A DNA stretch of 52,646 nt from the IMG/VR virus record IMGVR_UViG_3300048592_000436, positions 1 through 52,646 of that record. One strand, given 5' to 3'. This DNA is from a virus. Taxonomy: Duplodnaviria > Caudoviricetes. Under the pieces are notes generated by a model. That model made no database searches. It was not told the origin of the DNA and saw only the letters and a program-made list of their open reading frames with translations. Below, in pieces: positions 34,137 through 44,209 of the stretch. The translations under genes were made by a program, and so were the position numbers. Every line of letters starts with the position of its first letter. Positions within the stretch are counted from its first letter, which is position 1.

Positions 34137-34543
34137 TGGCGTTCAACCTCGCAGAGCAGGCGGAACGATCAGCGAAGCAGGAGGACGGCATCACCGTCCG
34201 GCTGGTCGATCCCGCCGGCCACGATACCGGGGCGACGATCACGCTCGCGGGGCCGGACAGCCGCCGGGCGCTGAAGTCCCGCCGCGCGGCGTGGCGGCAT
34301 GTGGTGATGAAGCGGGGCGACAAGGAACGAGAGCGGGAGGTGACAGCCGAGGAAACGGCCGAGGCCGGGTCGCGGCTTCTCGCTGGCGCCGTCATCGCAT
34401 GGGACGGCATGTTCCGCGGGGCGGACAATGAGCCGCTGGAATGCACGATCGACAACGTGCTGGAGACCTTCCGCAAGGTGCCCTGGGTCGAGGAACTGTG
34501 CGACGTTCATTTCGGTGTCCGTGAAAATTTTACGCAGGGCTGA
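34136..34543 (+). CDS. Tail assembly chaperone (gpG-like)
   Basis: ITLAGPDS; ends ENFTQG at the slippery site. Confidence 0.85.
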   Translation: MAFNLAEQAERSAKQEDGITVRLVDPAGHDTGATITLAGPDSRRALKSRRAAWRHVVMKRGDKEREREVTAEETAEAGSRLLAGAVIAWDGMFRGADNEPLECTIDNVLETFRKVPWVEELCDVHFGVRENFTQG

Positions 34544-34884
34544 TCCGGCGCGCGTGCGACGCGCTGCGGGGTCAGCTTGAAAGCCAGGGGCTTGCCGGTT
34601 TTCCGGCGGACTTGGAACATCTCTCGGATTGGTTCTGGGAACTGGATTCGCAGCGCCAGAGGACTGGCCTGGATGAGAACCCGATTTCATGGGCCGATCT
34701 GGCGGGGTGGTCGCAGATGACCGGCCACCGGCCGCGGCGATGGGAACTTGCCGCGCTGCGGCGAATGGACATGATCCGGCTCGGCCGGGTCGCGCAGGTT
34801 GACCGGGTGACCGGGGATCAGGCCAAGCCCAAGATGACGCCAGGCCTGTTTCTGGCGATGTTCGGAGGCGGGAAGAAGAAATGA
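34525..34884 (+). CDS. -1 frameshift extension of the tail chaperone (gpGT-like)
   Basis: A AAT TTT at 34525-34531; -1 frame open to 34884; WFWELD..R...NPISWAD. Confidence 0.85.
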   Translation, partial: KFYAGLIRRACDALRGQLESQGLAGFPADLEHLSDWFWELDSQRQRTGLDENPISWADLAGWSQMTGHRPRRWELAALRRMDMIRLGRVAQVDRVTGDQAKPKMTPGLFLAMFGGGKKK

Positions 34885-36701
34885 CAGATGCCCGCCTCGG
34901 ACTGAACATCGACAGCCGTTCGGCGGTTGTCGGTGTAAACGACCTCGACAATCTTGCCGCTTCGGCGCGGCGAACCGAGCAGGCCGTCGACAGACTGGCG
35001 ACAGGCGCAACTCAAGACCTGAACCGGATCAAGACGGCGGGTACGCAGGCAGCCGCGAGCGCGGATCGCATGAGCAGTTCCTTTGCCATGGCCGGGCGCG
35101 GGCAAATCCAGAACGTAGCCTTTCAGGTGGGCGACTTCGCAACGCAGGTCGGCGCGGGGACGAGTGCCTCGGTGGCGCTTGGGCAGCAGTTGCCGCAGTT
35201 GCTCGGTGGGTTTGGCGCGCTTGGCGCGGTGCTTGGTGCCGTGGTGGCGATCGGGGTTCCGCTGGCGGCGTCCTTCTTTCGCAGCGCCGATGGCGCGGAG
35301 GCGTTTGGCGAGGCGTCGGATGACGCAGCCGGTTCGGCGCAGGGGCTATTCGATCTGATCCAGAGCCGCGCAGAGACAATCGAGGCACTGACGGCGCAAT
35401 TCGGCGGGGCGGCCGACGCCGCGCTGCGATTGGCGGATGCCCAGATCATGCTTGGCAATGCAGTTGCGCAGGCGGACCTCAACTCGGCAATCGCAGAGTT
35501 TGATCGGTTTTGGGAAAGAACGACCTTCGGCGTCTCCGCGACCACTCAGGTTGAGGAACTGACGGATGCTCTGGGTATTTCCGTATCAGAAGCCTACCGG
35601 CTGCGCGATACGTTCCAAGAGTTGGGGCAGGCTCGTGGCGTGCAGGAGCAGGCGATGCTCCTGCAGAGCATAGTCGCGCAGATCGAAAGCGCAACGGCTG
35701 AGGGCGCAGAATTCACCGAAGAAGGCGCCAGGATGGCCGCGGCGATCCTGAGTGCGGCCGAGGCTGCGACTACGCTGGCCGGGAATACCGATCAGGCGAC
35801 AACCGCGGCCATGCGGGCGAGGGATGCCTACTACGAATTTGCCGACGCGATCCGTCTTGCCAATGCGCAGCAGGCGGCACGCCTGGCGGATGCTACGGCC
35901 GGCCCGGCATCGACCGAAGACCCGCGCGTGCAAGGGGTAACAGGGCAGGACTGGCAGGAAATAAATGCATGGCGTCGCGACCAGGCCGGCAAAGCGGCGT
36001 CTAGGGGAGGTGGTGGCGGCGGCGGTGGCGGCCGATCGTCGGCAATATCCGAAGCCGAACGCGAGGCCGCCGCAATACAGCGTGTGGTCCAGTCGTTGCA
36101 GGACGAAATCGCCATGGTCGGCATGTCCGATCTGGCGCGCGAGACGCATCAGCAACTCCGCGCGGCCGGGGTCAGCATTTACAGCCAGCAAGGCCAGGAA
36201 ATCGCCGATCTGGTGGATCAACTGTACAATCTTGAGCAGGCAGAAAAGGCGGCGCAGACTTCCGGCGAAGCCCTGATGAGCGCGGCCGGCGACATCGCCA
36301 GCGCCATGGGGCAGTTTGGCGGGGAATCTTTCCGGGCGGCGAAGATATTTGGCGCGGCCATTGCGCTGATCAACACCTATCAAGGCGCGTCGGAGGCGCT
36401 AAAGTTGCCGTTCCCCGCGAACCTCGCTGCAGCGGGCTCGGTTCTCGCCGCAGGCCTCGGCTTTGTGGCGTCGATCAAGAGCGCGCAGCCCGGTGGTGGA
36501 GGCAGCGGTTCGCGGGGGCGCGGTCGCGGGGCATCCTCGGCAGCCGCAGCCCCGGCGGCGGCACCGCAGGCCCCCTTGCGCGTGTTTATACAGGACATCA
36601 GCCCGGACAGCCTCATTTCCGGGGCGGCGCTGCAAAGCCTCTTCGACAAGCTGCTATCCGAGAACAAGGATCGCGGTTACGTGCTTCAGGTGGCCCGATG
36701 A
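34881..36701 (+). CDS. Tape measure protein
   Basis: QVGDFATQV...QQLPQLL; Ala-rich helical; position after chaperones. Confidence 0.93.
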   Translation: MTDARLGLNIDSRSAVVGVNDLDNLAASARRTEQAVDRLATGATQDLNRIKTAGTQAAASADRMSSSFAMAGRGQIQNVAFQVGDFATQVGAGTSASVALGQQLPQLLGGFGALGAVLGAVVAIGVPLAASFFRSADGAEAFGEASDDAAGSAQGLFDLIQSRAETIEALTAQFGGAADAALRLADAQIMLGNAVAQADLNSAIAEFDRFWERTTFGVSATTQVEELTDALGISVSEAYRLRDTFQELGQARGVQEQAMLLQSIVAQIESATAEGAEFTEEGARMAAAILSAAEAATTLAGNTDQATTAAMRARDAYYEFADAIRLANAQQAARLADATAGPASTEDPRVQGVTGQDWQEINAWRRDQAGKAASRGGGGGGGGGRSSAISEAEREAAAIQRVVQSLQDEIAMVGMSDLARETHQQLRAAGVSIYSQQGQEIADLVDQLYNLEQAEKAAQTSGEALMSAAGDIASAMGQFGGESFRAAKIFGAAIALINTYQGASEALKLPFPANLAAAGSVLAAGLGFVASIKSAQPGGGGSGSRGRGRGASSAAAAPAAAPQAPLRVFIQDISPDSLISGAALQSLFDKLLSENKDRGYVLQVAR

Positions 36702-37576
36702 TCGCCTACGGAACCGGGTACACCGGCAGCGGGCCGCTGATCCTCTGGCGGAACCTCTTCGCCATCGGCGACATGACGGCATCGAGCGGCACGGCGGACC
36801 GGCCGGCGGTCGGCGCCACGGTAGACGACACGGTGGCCCGGTGGCAGCCCACGGCGCTGCCCGCATGGATGCAAGCGGACATCGACGAGGACGATGCATG
36901 GATCGTCTCCGGTGACACGATCTTCGACGCGCCCGATCCGCCCGACGCGCCGGTCATGGATGGCGGGGTGATCTCGGGGGATTACCTCGGCCCCTTCGTC
37001 TCGGCGCTCGGGGTCGCGGCGCATAACCTCTTCTCCTGCGCCTGCACGGTCTACGCGCAGTATTGGGACGGCGAGGACTGGGTCACGGTGGCGGAGCATA
37101 CCCCGTCGCGGGATACCGAGGCGGTGCTGCTCGTCTGGGCGCCTGTGCGGGCCACACGCTGGCGGCTCTACATCGAAGGGGCGACGGCGCCGGTGATCGG
37201 CTATGCGTCCTTGGGTCTTGCTCTGGAAGTCCCGGGCGGCGTCGTGCCGGGATACCGGCCGCTCTACATGTCGCAGAAGGTGGAGAGCCGGGTTCCGCTG
37301 AGCGTCGGCGGGCAGAAGCTCGGCGCCTATGTCTCGCGCGAGGGCGTGAGCACGGCGCTTTCCTTCGCCCCGGTCGACCGGGAATGGGCGGCGACGACCT
37401 TCGACCCGTTCCGGCGGCACTTTAATGACGGCGGCGGGTTCTTTCTGGCGCCGACGCCGGTCATGTCACTGCGCGACGTGGCGCTTTGCTGGCGCGAGGG
37501 CGACGAGATCGGCCCGACGCACGACACGATCGGCGAGTGGTTCACGTTCCAGATGGGGGTTCGGGCGCATGGCTAG
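36698..37576 (+). CDS. Distal tail / baseplate protein
   Basis: Follows TMP; GVAAHNL motif. Confidence 0.75.
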   Translation: MIAYGTGYTGSGPLILWRNLFAIGDMTASSGTADRPAVGATVDDTVARWQPTALPAWMQADIDEDDAWIVSGDTIFDAPDPPDAPVMDGGVISGDYLGPFVSALGVAAHNLFSCACTVYAQYWDGEDWVTVAEHTPSRDTEAVLLVWAPVRATRWRLYIEGATAPVIGYASLGLALEVPGGVVPGYRPLYMSQKVESRVPLSVGGQKLGAYVSREGVSTALSFAPVDREWAATTFDPFRRHFNDGGGFFLAPTPVMSLRDVALCWREGDEIGPTHDTIGEWFTFQMGVRAHG

Positions 37577-39329
37577 GGAGGCGGTCGAGATCGTCGAGAT
37601 CGACCTGCCGTTCTGCCAGCGGGTCTATGGCGAGGGCGAATGCACGGCGGCCCTCGGCACAACCGGAGCACACAAGTGCTATAACCTCTTCGCGACGTGC
37701 CAAGCGCAGGATGCTTTCGACCCGGACGTGAAGACGCTGAAATTCGTTTCGCGGGGCACGACCAATCTACCGCTCGATGAGACCTATATCCCGGCGGTGG
37801 TGTCGGTTTCCTCGCAGCCGGTCAGCATCAACATCGCGGGGCAAGACCCGGACCGGGGCGCGCTCGGCCGGCGCACCACCAAGACGATCACGCTCAACGA
37901 CTTCGCGTCGTCGGAGATCGGGATCGACCCCTATGCGCTGGAACGGCGGACCGGGGCGGCGCAGGCGGACGGCGTCCCGCGCTTTCCCGAGCGGCTCGGC
38001 ACGTTCATGCCGAAGTTCAAGCTGCGCCACCTCTACTACGAGGGCACCGCGCTCCGCACCACGCGGGCGTTCATCGAAGATGGCGTGATCGTAGACGCGC
38101 AGACGACGCATCATTTCTGGCGCGAGTGGTCCGGGCCGAGCGACGGGCGGGTGACGTGGATCGCCTCCGACGTGTTCGACCAGGTGACGGACGAAAAGGC
38201 GCAGTATCCCCGGCAGTCGCGCGGCGTGCTGGCGGCGGGCATCAGCAACTCGGATGGCGCGGCGACGCTCGATCCCGAGGGCATCGGGGAGGCGGAATAT
38301 CCGGCGTCCGGGTACCTGACCATCGGCTCGGAGATCGTGGCCTTCACCCGCACGGGCGATGCGCTCACGCTTTCGCAGCGGGGCGTGGGCGGCACCGTGG
38401 CGGCGGCGCACAACGAAGGCGATACGGTGCAGGTCGCGGTCCGCTGGGAGAACAAGCGGATAGACGATGCGGCGGAGGAAGTGCTGGCGGCGACGGACAT
38501 CCCGTCATCCTGGATGCCGAAGGAAGAGCAATGGGAGCCGGAGATTACCCGCTGGGCATCGTCGATCCTGCTCAACGGATGGATCGCCAAGCCGACAGGG
38601 GTGACGGGGCTGCTCAATGAAATCTCGCTGCTCGGGGTGACGTTCATTCCCGACGAGATCGCGCAGAAGATATGGCTGCGCTGCAACCGGCCGGCGGACG
38701 GCACGGAGCCGGTCTGGCGGCTCAACGACGACAACATGGTCGGGATCAGCGCGACGGACAAGCCGGAGCAGCGCATCACCGACGTGCTGATGTACTTCGC
38801 CCCGATAGACCCGACCAAGGGCCTCACGGAGCCGACCAACTATCGGATCGCGCTGATCACGCCGGATGAACGCAACCCGAACGCCTACAAGGTGCCGCGG
38901 GTGCGGACGGTGTTCTCGCGGTTTCTCGGCGCGGGCCAGATGACGGCGGCGGGGATCATATCCTCGCGGATGCTGAACCGTTTCCGGACGATCCCGACGC
39001 TGCGAAAGGTGCGGCTGACTTCGGACTTCCGGGCGATTGCGCTTGCGGACGTGGCGCGGGTCACGACGGCCGAGGCGCTGGACGTGAACGGCGACGATCT
39101 GGCGGCGGCGTTCCAGATCATCGCGCGCGAGGAAACCGAGGGCGGCGAGGCGGTCGAGATCGAGCTTCAGAGCTTCGCGTTTGATCGCAGCCGCTATGCG
39201 TTCTTCATGGCCAACGATACCCCGGCCTATTCCGCGGCGACGGAACAGCAGAAGTCGCGCGGGGCGTTCTTCATTGCGGCGGCGGAAACCGAATTTGCAG
39301 ACGGCGGTGAGCCGTACCGCTTTATCTGA
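37569..39329 (+). CDS. Baseplate hub / central tail tip protein
   Basis: CQRVYG..CTA...KCYNLFATC; IGSEIVAF...RGVGGT.AAAH. Confidence 0.85.
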   Translation: MAREAVEIVEIDLPFCQRVYGEGECTAALGTTGAHKCYNLFATCQAQDAFDPDVKTLKFVSRGTTNLPLDETYIPAVVSVSSQPVSINIAGQDPDRGALGRRTTKTITLNDFASSEIGIDPYALERRTGAAQADGVPRFPERLGTFMPKFKLRHLYYEGTALRTTRAFIEDGVIVDAQTTHHFWREWSGPSDGRVTWIASDVFDQVTDEKAQYPRQSRGVLAAGISNSDGAATLDPEGIGEAEYPASGYLTIGSEIVAFTRTGDALTLSQRGVGGTVAAAHNEGDTVQVAVRWENKRIDDAAEEVLAATDIPSSWMPKEEQWEPEITRWASSILLNGWIAKPTGVTGLLNEISLLGVTFIPDEIAQKIWLRCNRPADGTEPVWRLNDDNMVGISATDKPEQRITDVLMYFAPIDPTKGLTEPTNYRIALITPDERNPNAYKVPRVRTVFSRFLGAGQMTAAGIISSRMLNRFRTIPTLRKVRLTSDFRAIALADVARVTTAEALDVNGDDLAAAFQIIAREETEGGEAVEIELQSFAFDRSRYAFFMANDTPAYSAATEQQKSRGAFFIAAAETEFADGGEPYRFI

Positions 39330-39338
39330 GGGCCGCGC

Positions 39339-39908
39339 ATGTCGAGCTGGACCGATCCGATCACGCTGAACTACAACCCGGATGATCCTGTGACGGCCGA
39401 ATGGGGCGCGGCGGCGATCGAAAACCCGATTACCATTGCGATAGGGGACCGGGAAGTTTCTGCGGTGCCGGTGTTCGGCGGGGCGCTGGAAATCTTCGCC
39501 GGGGTGGCGGATGTTCCGACATCTGCGACCTTCCCGACGTTCACCGCGATCGGCAGCGAGACCGGGCTGGCCCGAGTGATGAAGGTCACGGTGCAGATGA
39601 CGACCAGCGCGTCGGGCACCGTGCAGGCCCGGTTCAGCGCCAACGGCGGCGTGAACTGGGGCAGCGCGCAAAGTCTGTTCGCGGTCGATGCCGACGTGTC
39701 GGGCACTGCGGTGGTTTTCGTCGACCTGGTGTCTGGCCGGGTGCTTGGGACGCGCCCGCGCGCATTGCCGCAGTCGGGCGGTGCGGCGAACAAGGTCGAA
39801 AACACCGTCACCGTCCCGGCGGACTGCAACATGATCGAACTTCGGCGAACCGGCGGCGGCCCAATGACGGCGATCGTGGAATTCGCCGGTCGCTTGGCGC
39901 TGCCGTGA
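39339..39908 (+). CDS. Tail tip-associated protein
   Basis: MSSWT...PDDPVT...IENPITIAIGD N-terminus. Confidence 0.75.
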   Translation: MSSWTDPITLNYNPDDPVTAEWGAAAIENPITIAIGDREVSAVPVFGGALEIFAGVADVPTSATFPTFTAIGSETGLARVMKVTVQMTTSASGTVQARFSANGGVNWGSAQSLFAVDADVSGTAVVFVDLVSGRVLGTRPRALPQSGGAANKVENTVTVPADCNMIELRRTGGGPMTAIVEFAGRLALP

Positions 39909-40570
39909 CCCACGCCCTCGTGCGGGACGGGGCGATAACCGAACTGGCTCGCGACGAAGACATTCGCAGCCCGGCGCAGGGCCGATACACCGCCGCATGG
40001 ATTGCGGGGCTGAGCCGGGCCGAAAAGCTGGCGCTGCCGGTCATCTGGCAGGGCGCGGAATTCGCCGGCCTCTGGGAGATCGTCGCGGACCCGGTGCCGG
40101 ACGGAATGCGCGCGGTGGCGTGGGAATACACGGTCGAGGGCGATCACGTGCGGGCGAGCCCGACGCTGGCGCCGGAGCCGATGACGGTCGATGCCTTGGC
40201 CGCGGTGATACTCGCCACGGTGCCGGGCGTGACGGCGGAAAGCGGGGCGCCCCTGACGCTGGGCAAGCATTACCCGGCGGGCGTGATCGTGACGGAAGGC
40301 GACCGGCGCTTCGAGGTGCTTCAGGAGTTCTGGCACTACGACCCGAACTTCGGCGCCGACGCCTATGCGTCCCGGCTGCGCGAACTGCCGCCCGAGGGCG
40401 AAGCGGACCTGACCTGGGAACAGCGGTTCCCGCCGAACCTTTACGGGGCGGAATACGTGGGCCTTGTGTTCAGCTACGGCGGCCGGCGCTGGGAACTGAA
40501 TGAGCCGGACCAGTGGGGCTATCCGCCGCCGGCCTGGCCGAGCATCTGGGACGACCTGGGGCCGGAATGA
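39905..40570 (+). CDS. Fibre-associated protein with CBM5/12-like aromatic modules
   Basis: YPAGVIVTEGDRRFEVLQ; VFSYGGRRWE...WGYPP. Confidence 0.65.
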   Translation: MTHALVRDGAITELARDEDIRSPAQGRYTAAWIAGLSRAEKLALPVIWQGAEFAGLWEIVADPVPDGMRAVAWEYTVEGDHVRASPTLAPEPMTVDALAAVILATVPGVTAESGAPLTLGKHYPAGVIVTEGDRRFEVLQEFWHYDPNFGADAYASRLRELPPEGEADLTWEQRFPPNLYGAEYVGLVFSYGGRRWELNEPDQWGYPPPAWPSIWDDLGPE

Positions 40571-40761
40571 CTGAGACGCCAGAAGAACACCGCGCCCGGG
40601 TGGCGCGCAAGCGCATGACCAAAATCAGGGCGGTTTGCCTTGTCCGAGGGCCGGACGGGCGCCCGCTTTTCGACGGCGATCCGAGGGCACTGCCGGAGGA
40701 TGAGAAGGCCGCATATCGCGCGGTCATGACCCAATCCGAACAAAAGGAGTTTTTCGGATGA
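40567..40761 (+). CDS. Hypothetical protein
   Basis: ATGA-coupled on both sides. Confidence 0.65.
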   Translation: MTETPEEHRARVARKRMTKIRAVCLVRGPDGRPLFDGDPRALPEDEKAAYRAVMTQSEQKEFFG

Positions 40762-41114
40762 TCCTGGAAACCAATGCCCGCAATGCTGCGGTGGATGCCG
40801 TTGGAACGCTTCTCGATGGCGGCACGATGGAATTCGAGACGAGCGGAGACGTGGAGGTCGCCACCTTGACCTTTGACGCAACGGCCTTCGGAGCCCCATC
40901 CACCGGCACCATCACCGCCGCGGCGATCACGTCCGATACCGATGCGACCGGCGGCACGGCCGCGCAGGTCAGCCTTTACACCAGCGCGGCCGCCAAAGTG
41001 GCGGAACTGACGCTCGGGACTTCGGGGCAGGAGGTCAATATCTCGACGCTTACGATCCCGGCGGGCTCTACCGTCTCGGTTTCGTCCTTCACCCTGACGA
41101 TGCCCGCCTCCTGA
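40758..41114 (+). CDS. Small beta-rich fibre subunit
   Basis: AAGGAG RBS; ARNAAVDA...AFGAPSTG...TVSVSSFTLTMP. Confidence 0.8.
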   Translation: MILETNARNAAVDAVGTLLDGGTMEFETSGDVEVATLTFDATAFGAPSTGTITAAAITSDTDATGGTAAQVSLYTSAAAKVAELTLGTSGQEVNISTLTIPAGSTVSVSSFTLTMPAS

Positions 41115-41115
41115 C

Positions 41116-41457
41116 GTGCGACCGCTGCTAATCCCGGCGACCGTCCCGCTGCGGTTGCTGATCACGATCACGGACGGCGACCCGATGCCCGGCATGATTT
41201 GTGCCGCGGCATTGGGCGACGGCACGGCAACGCCGGCCGGGACCGACCTGTCTGGTCGGGTCGATCTGCTGTTGCCCGGCGTCGATCATGGGGATTGGGA
41301 TTTGCAGGTGCGCGCTGATGATGGAACCGACGCGCAGTCTTTCAACTTCGTGGTGGTCGCGCTTCCTACCGCGCTTGACGAAGTGGCGCCGCCGCCCGCG
41401 ACGGAAGTGGCGTTGACCCTGGACTGGCGCGAGCCTGTAGCAGTTGCGGTGACCTGA
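41116..41457 (+). CDS. Hypothetical virion protein
   Basis: In-operon ORF; TGATG coupling. Confidence 0.6.
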   Translation: MRPLLIPATVPLRLLITITDGDPMPGMICAAALGDGTATPAGTDLSGRVDLLLPGVDHGDWDLQVRADDGTDAQSFNFVVVALPTALDEVAPPPATEVALTLDWREPVAVAVT

Positions 41458-43106
41458 TGCGCGTCTTCAATTCCCTGCGCCTTGCGGTCACCTCGGCGAG
41501 CCCGATCACGGGCGGAACCGTCGAGGTAATTGCCAAAGGGCCGGCGGAATACGAGGCGGATAGCGTCGAGATCACCGGGGCCAATTCGGCCACGGCGTTC
41601 TTTGCGCCCAACACCATTTCCGAACCGGGTCGGTATCAGATCGAGGTCCGCATCACCGCGGGCGACCACGTGCAGACTGGCCGGGTTTTGGTAGCGGTGC
41701 TGCCGGACAACGGGCTGGGCGAAGTGATCCTCGGCAACCGCGGGGCGGGCACCCTTCCGGCGATGGCCGGGGCCGGTTCCGGAACAGTCGTCGCCCCGGT
41801 CTTCGTGGCTTCCGGGGCCGCTATCCTTCCGGCGCTTGGCGGTTCTGGCGCGGGCAACGTCCTGCCGTTCCTCATTGCCGATGGCGGGGCTACGCTGCCG
41901 ATGCTCACGGGGTCCGGTGCGGCCGTCTACACCCCGCCCGGTGTTGCGGGGTCCGGTGCGGCGAACTTGCCCACAATGGCCGTCAGCGGCGCGGGCACGG
42001 TCACTGCGCCGGGCTATGAGGCGATTGGCAACGCGGATTTGCCGCCGATGGAAGGCGCCGGGGCGGGAACGGTCACGCTTACCGGCAGCGGCGCGGCGGA
42101 ACTGCCCGGCATGACCGGCAGCGGTACGGGTGTGGTCGCAGTGCCGGGGACAGGTGCCGCCACGCTGCCCGGCATGGAAGGCGCCGGCGCGGGGCTGGTG
42201 GTTATCGCAGGTTCCGGCGCAGCCGATCTGCCGATGCTCGAAGCCTCTGCGGCGGCCGGATTGGGGATATTCGGGACAGGTGCCGCCACGCTGCCCGGCA
42301 TGACGGCATCCGGCACGGCCGGGGCGATCCCGACCAACACCGCCGCCCCGGCAATCACCGGCTCGGGCAAGATCGGCGACGAGCACACGACATCGGACGG
42401 CACCTGGACGGGCGCGCCGAGCGCCTACGAATACCGCTGGAAGTTCGACGACGGCGAGATCAGCGGCGCCACGCTGGCGGACTATACCGTCGCCGAGGCT
42501 GGCGATCTGACCGACCTTACCGCCGAGGTTCGGGCACAGAACGCGCAGGGCTGGAGCGCGTGGGCTTCCTCGGCCGCGGTGGCGATCACCTATACCGCCC
42601 CGGTCGCGAGCGGCACCCCGGGCGACTGGGACGAGACGGAGAACACGGGCGAGCAGACCTTCGACGCGAAGACGCTGTTCACTGTGTCGGGCGATGCGGA
42701 CCTGTCCGGCTGCACATTCTCGCTGATCGACATGGAAGGCGGGGCCTTCGAGGAAGGTATCTTCGAGGAAGGCGTATTCGAGGCGGCGGGCGAAGGCGGC
42801 CCGGAAGTCACGATCAACAGCGCGACCGGCGTCGTCACCGCGGATACCGATACTATCGGCCTGATCACAGATGGCGAGATCGGCGTTCGGGCGACCAACT
42901 CGGGCGGCTTTGATGACGCGACGATACTGCTGACGATCGCGGAGGACGTGGCGGAAGCCGAGGGCGCGACCTTTGACAGCACCGTGATCCGCTTCGACAG
43001 CACAGCCCGCACCATGGATGAGGACATCCCAGAAGATGCAACCTTCGACAGCACGTATTTCACTTTTGACCGCACCACGCGCACATTCGATGAGGAGGCC
43101 GCCTAA
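41457..43106 (+). CDS. Repeat-containing fibre scaffold protein
   Basis: Nine ~22-aa GAAxLPxMxGxG repeats, Ig-like domain, acidic-aromatic C-terminal motifs. Confidence 0.85.
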   Translation: MRVFNSLRLAVTSASPITGGTVEVIAKGPAEYEADSVEITGANSATAFFAPNTISEPGRYQIEVRITAGDHVQTGRVLVAVLPDNGLGEVILGNRGAGTLPAMAGAGSGTVVAPVFVASGAAILPALGGSGAGNVLPFLIADGGATLPMLTGSGAAVYTPPGVAGSGAANLPTMAVSGAGTVTAPGYEAIGNADLPPMEGAGAGTVTLTGSGAAELPGMTGSGTGVVAVPGTGAATLPGMEGAGAGLVVIAGSGAADLPMLEASAAAGLGIFGTGAATLPGMTASGTAGAIPTNTAAPAITGSGKIGDEHTTSDGTWTGAPSAYEYRWKFDDGEISGATLADYTVAEAGDLTDLTAEVRAQNAQGWSAWASSAAVAITYTAPVASGTPGDWDETENTGEQTFDAKTLFTVSGDADLSGCTFSLIDMEGGAFEEGIFEEGVFEAAGEGGPEVTINSATGVVTADTDTIGLITDGEIGVRATNSGGFDDATILLTIAEDVAEAEGATFDSTVIRFDSTARTMDEDIPEDATFDSTYFTFDRTTRTFDEEAA

Positions 43107-44209
43107 TGGCTAAGCAAACGATCGGCCTCGGCACCGAGGCGAATGATGGCACGGGGGATACCCTCCGCGTCGCAGGCGACAAGATCAACGACAACTTCGA
43201 TGAACTTTATGCGGTCATCAGCCCGGCCAGCGCGTCCGGGCCGGCATCGGTCGCGCTGGCCGAGGACACCGACAACGGGACGAACAAGATCACAATCAGT
43301 CCGCCCGCGTCCATCGCGTCGGACCGGGCGGTGACGCTGCCGGATGCGGCGGGCGAGATCATAATCGCTACGATCACATCCCTTGCGGCGAAGCACTCGC
43401 TGGAATACAACGGCTCCGCATGGGTCAACCGCCTTGGCGGGGAATACAAGACCGTCTGGAACGCCACTGGCAGCACGATCACGGCCGGGACGCTTGTCAC
43501 CATCAACGGCACGGCGGGCGCGGTTCCGACCGTCATCACGGCGGACAAGGACGACCACGACGCGGTGGCCGGCATCGTCGTAGCGAATATCTCGGCGGGC
43601 ACGGCTGGCGTCATCGAGAGCCAAGGCACGATCCAAGAGAGTTTCATCAACACCAACGGCATGACCTCGGCGGCGCTCCTGTACCTCGGGGATGCCGGGG
43701 CATACACGACGACCAAGCCGACATCTGGCAATATCGTGGTGGTCGGTATCGTGGGTGTGGCGGCATCGTCCAGCGGGTCAATCATCCTGAACTGCCCCGG
43801 CGTTGTGGAAGGGCCGTATTCAACAACGGCAGCGCTGCGAACCGGAACGGCGGTCACAGGGTCGCCGGCACCCGCAACAATCTATGCCGCCGGGGCGCTC
43901 GTCACCGTCACTTATGGCGCGACGGTGGCGCTCGACTTCGCCACCTTCAACTGCGCGAAGATCACCTTGACCGGCGATCTGGAACTGACGGCGCCAAGCA
44001 ATCTCGTCGTCGGCAAGATGGGCGTGATCCAGCTTATCCAAGATGGCACTGGCGGCCATGAACTGACCGCCGTCAACTCCGCCTTTCAGTGGGCCGGCGG
44101 CGATCCTCCGGTGCTCAGTACCGCAGCCAACGCCAAGGATGAAATTGCCTACTGGATCAGCGAGTCCGGCGTGGTGTCCTGCCGCTTTGTCGGGGATGTG
44201 AAGACATGA
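43106..44209 (+). CDS. Tail fibre with T4 gp9/gp10-like N-terminus
   Basis: MAKQTIGLGTEANDGTGDTLRVAGDKINDNFDELY; C-terminal IQDGTGG...LSTAANAKD. Confidence 0.85.
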   Translation: MAKQTIGLGTEANDGTGDTLRVAGDKINDNFDELYAVISPASASGPASVALAEDTDNGTNKITISPPASIASDRAVTLPDAAGEIIIATITSLAAKHSLEYNGSAWVNRLGGEYKTVWNATGSTITAGTLVTINGTAGAVPTVITADKDDHDAVAGIVVANISAGTAGVIESQGTIQESFINTNGMTSAALLYLGDAGAYTTTKPTSGNIVVVGIVGVAASSSGSIILNCPGVVEGPYSTTAALRTGTAVTGSPAPATIYAAGALVTVTYGATVALDFATFNCAKITLTGDLELTAPSNLVVGKMGVIQLIQDGTGGHELTAVNSAFQWAGGDPPVLSTAANAKDEIAYWISESGVVSCRFVGDVKT

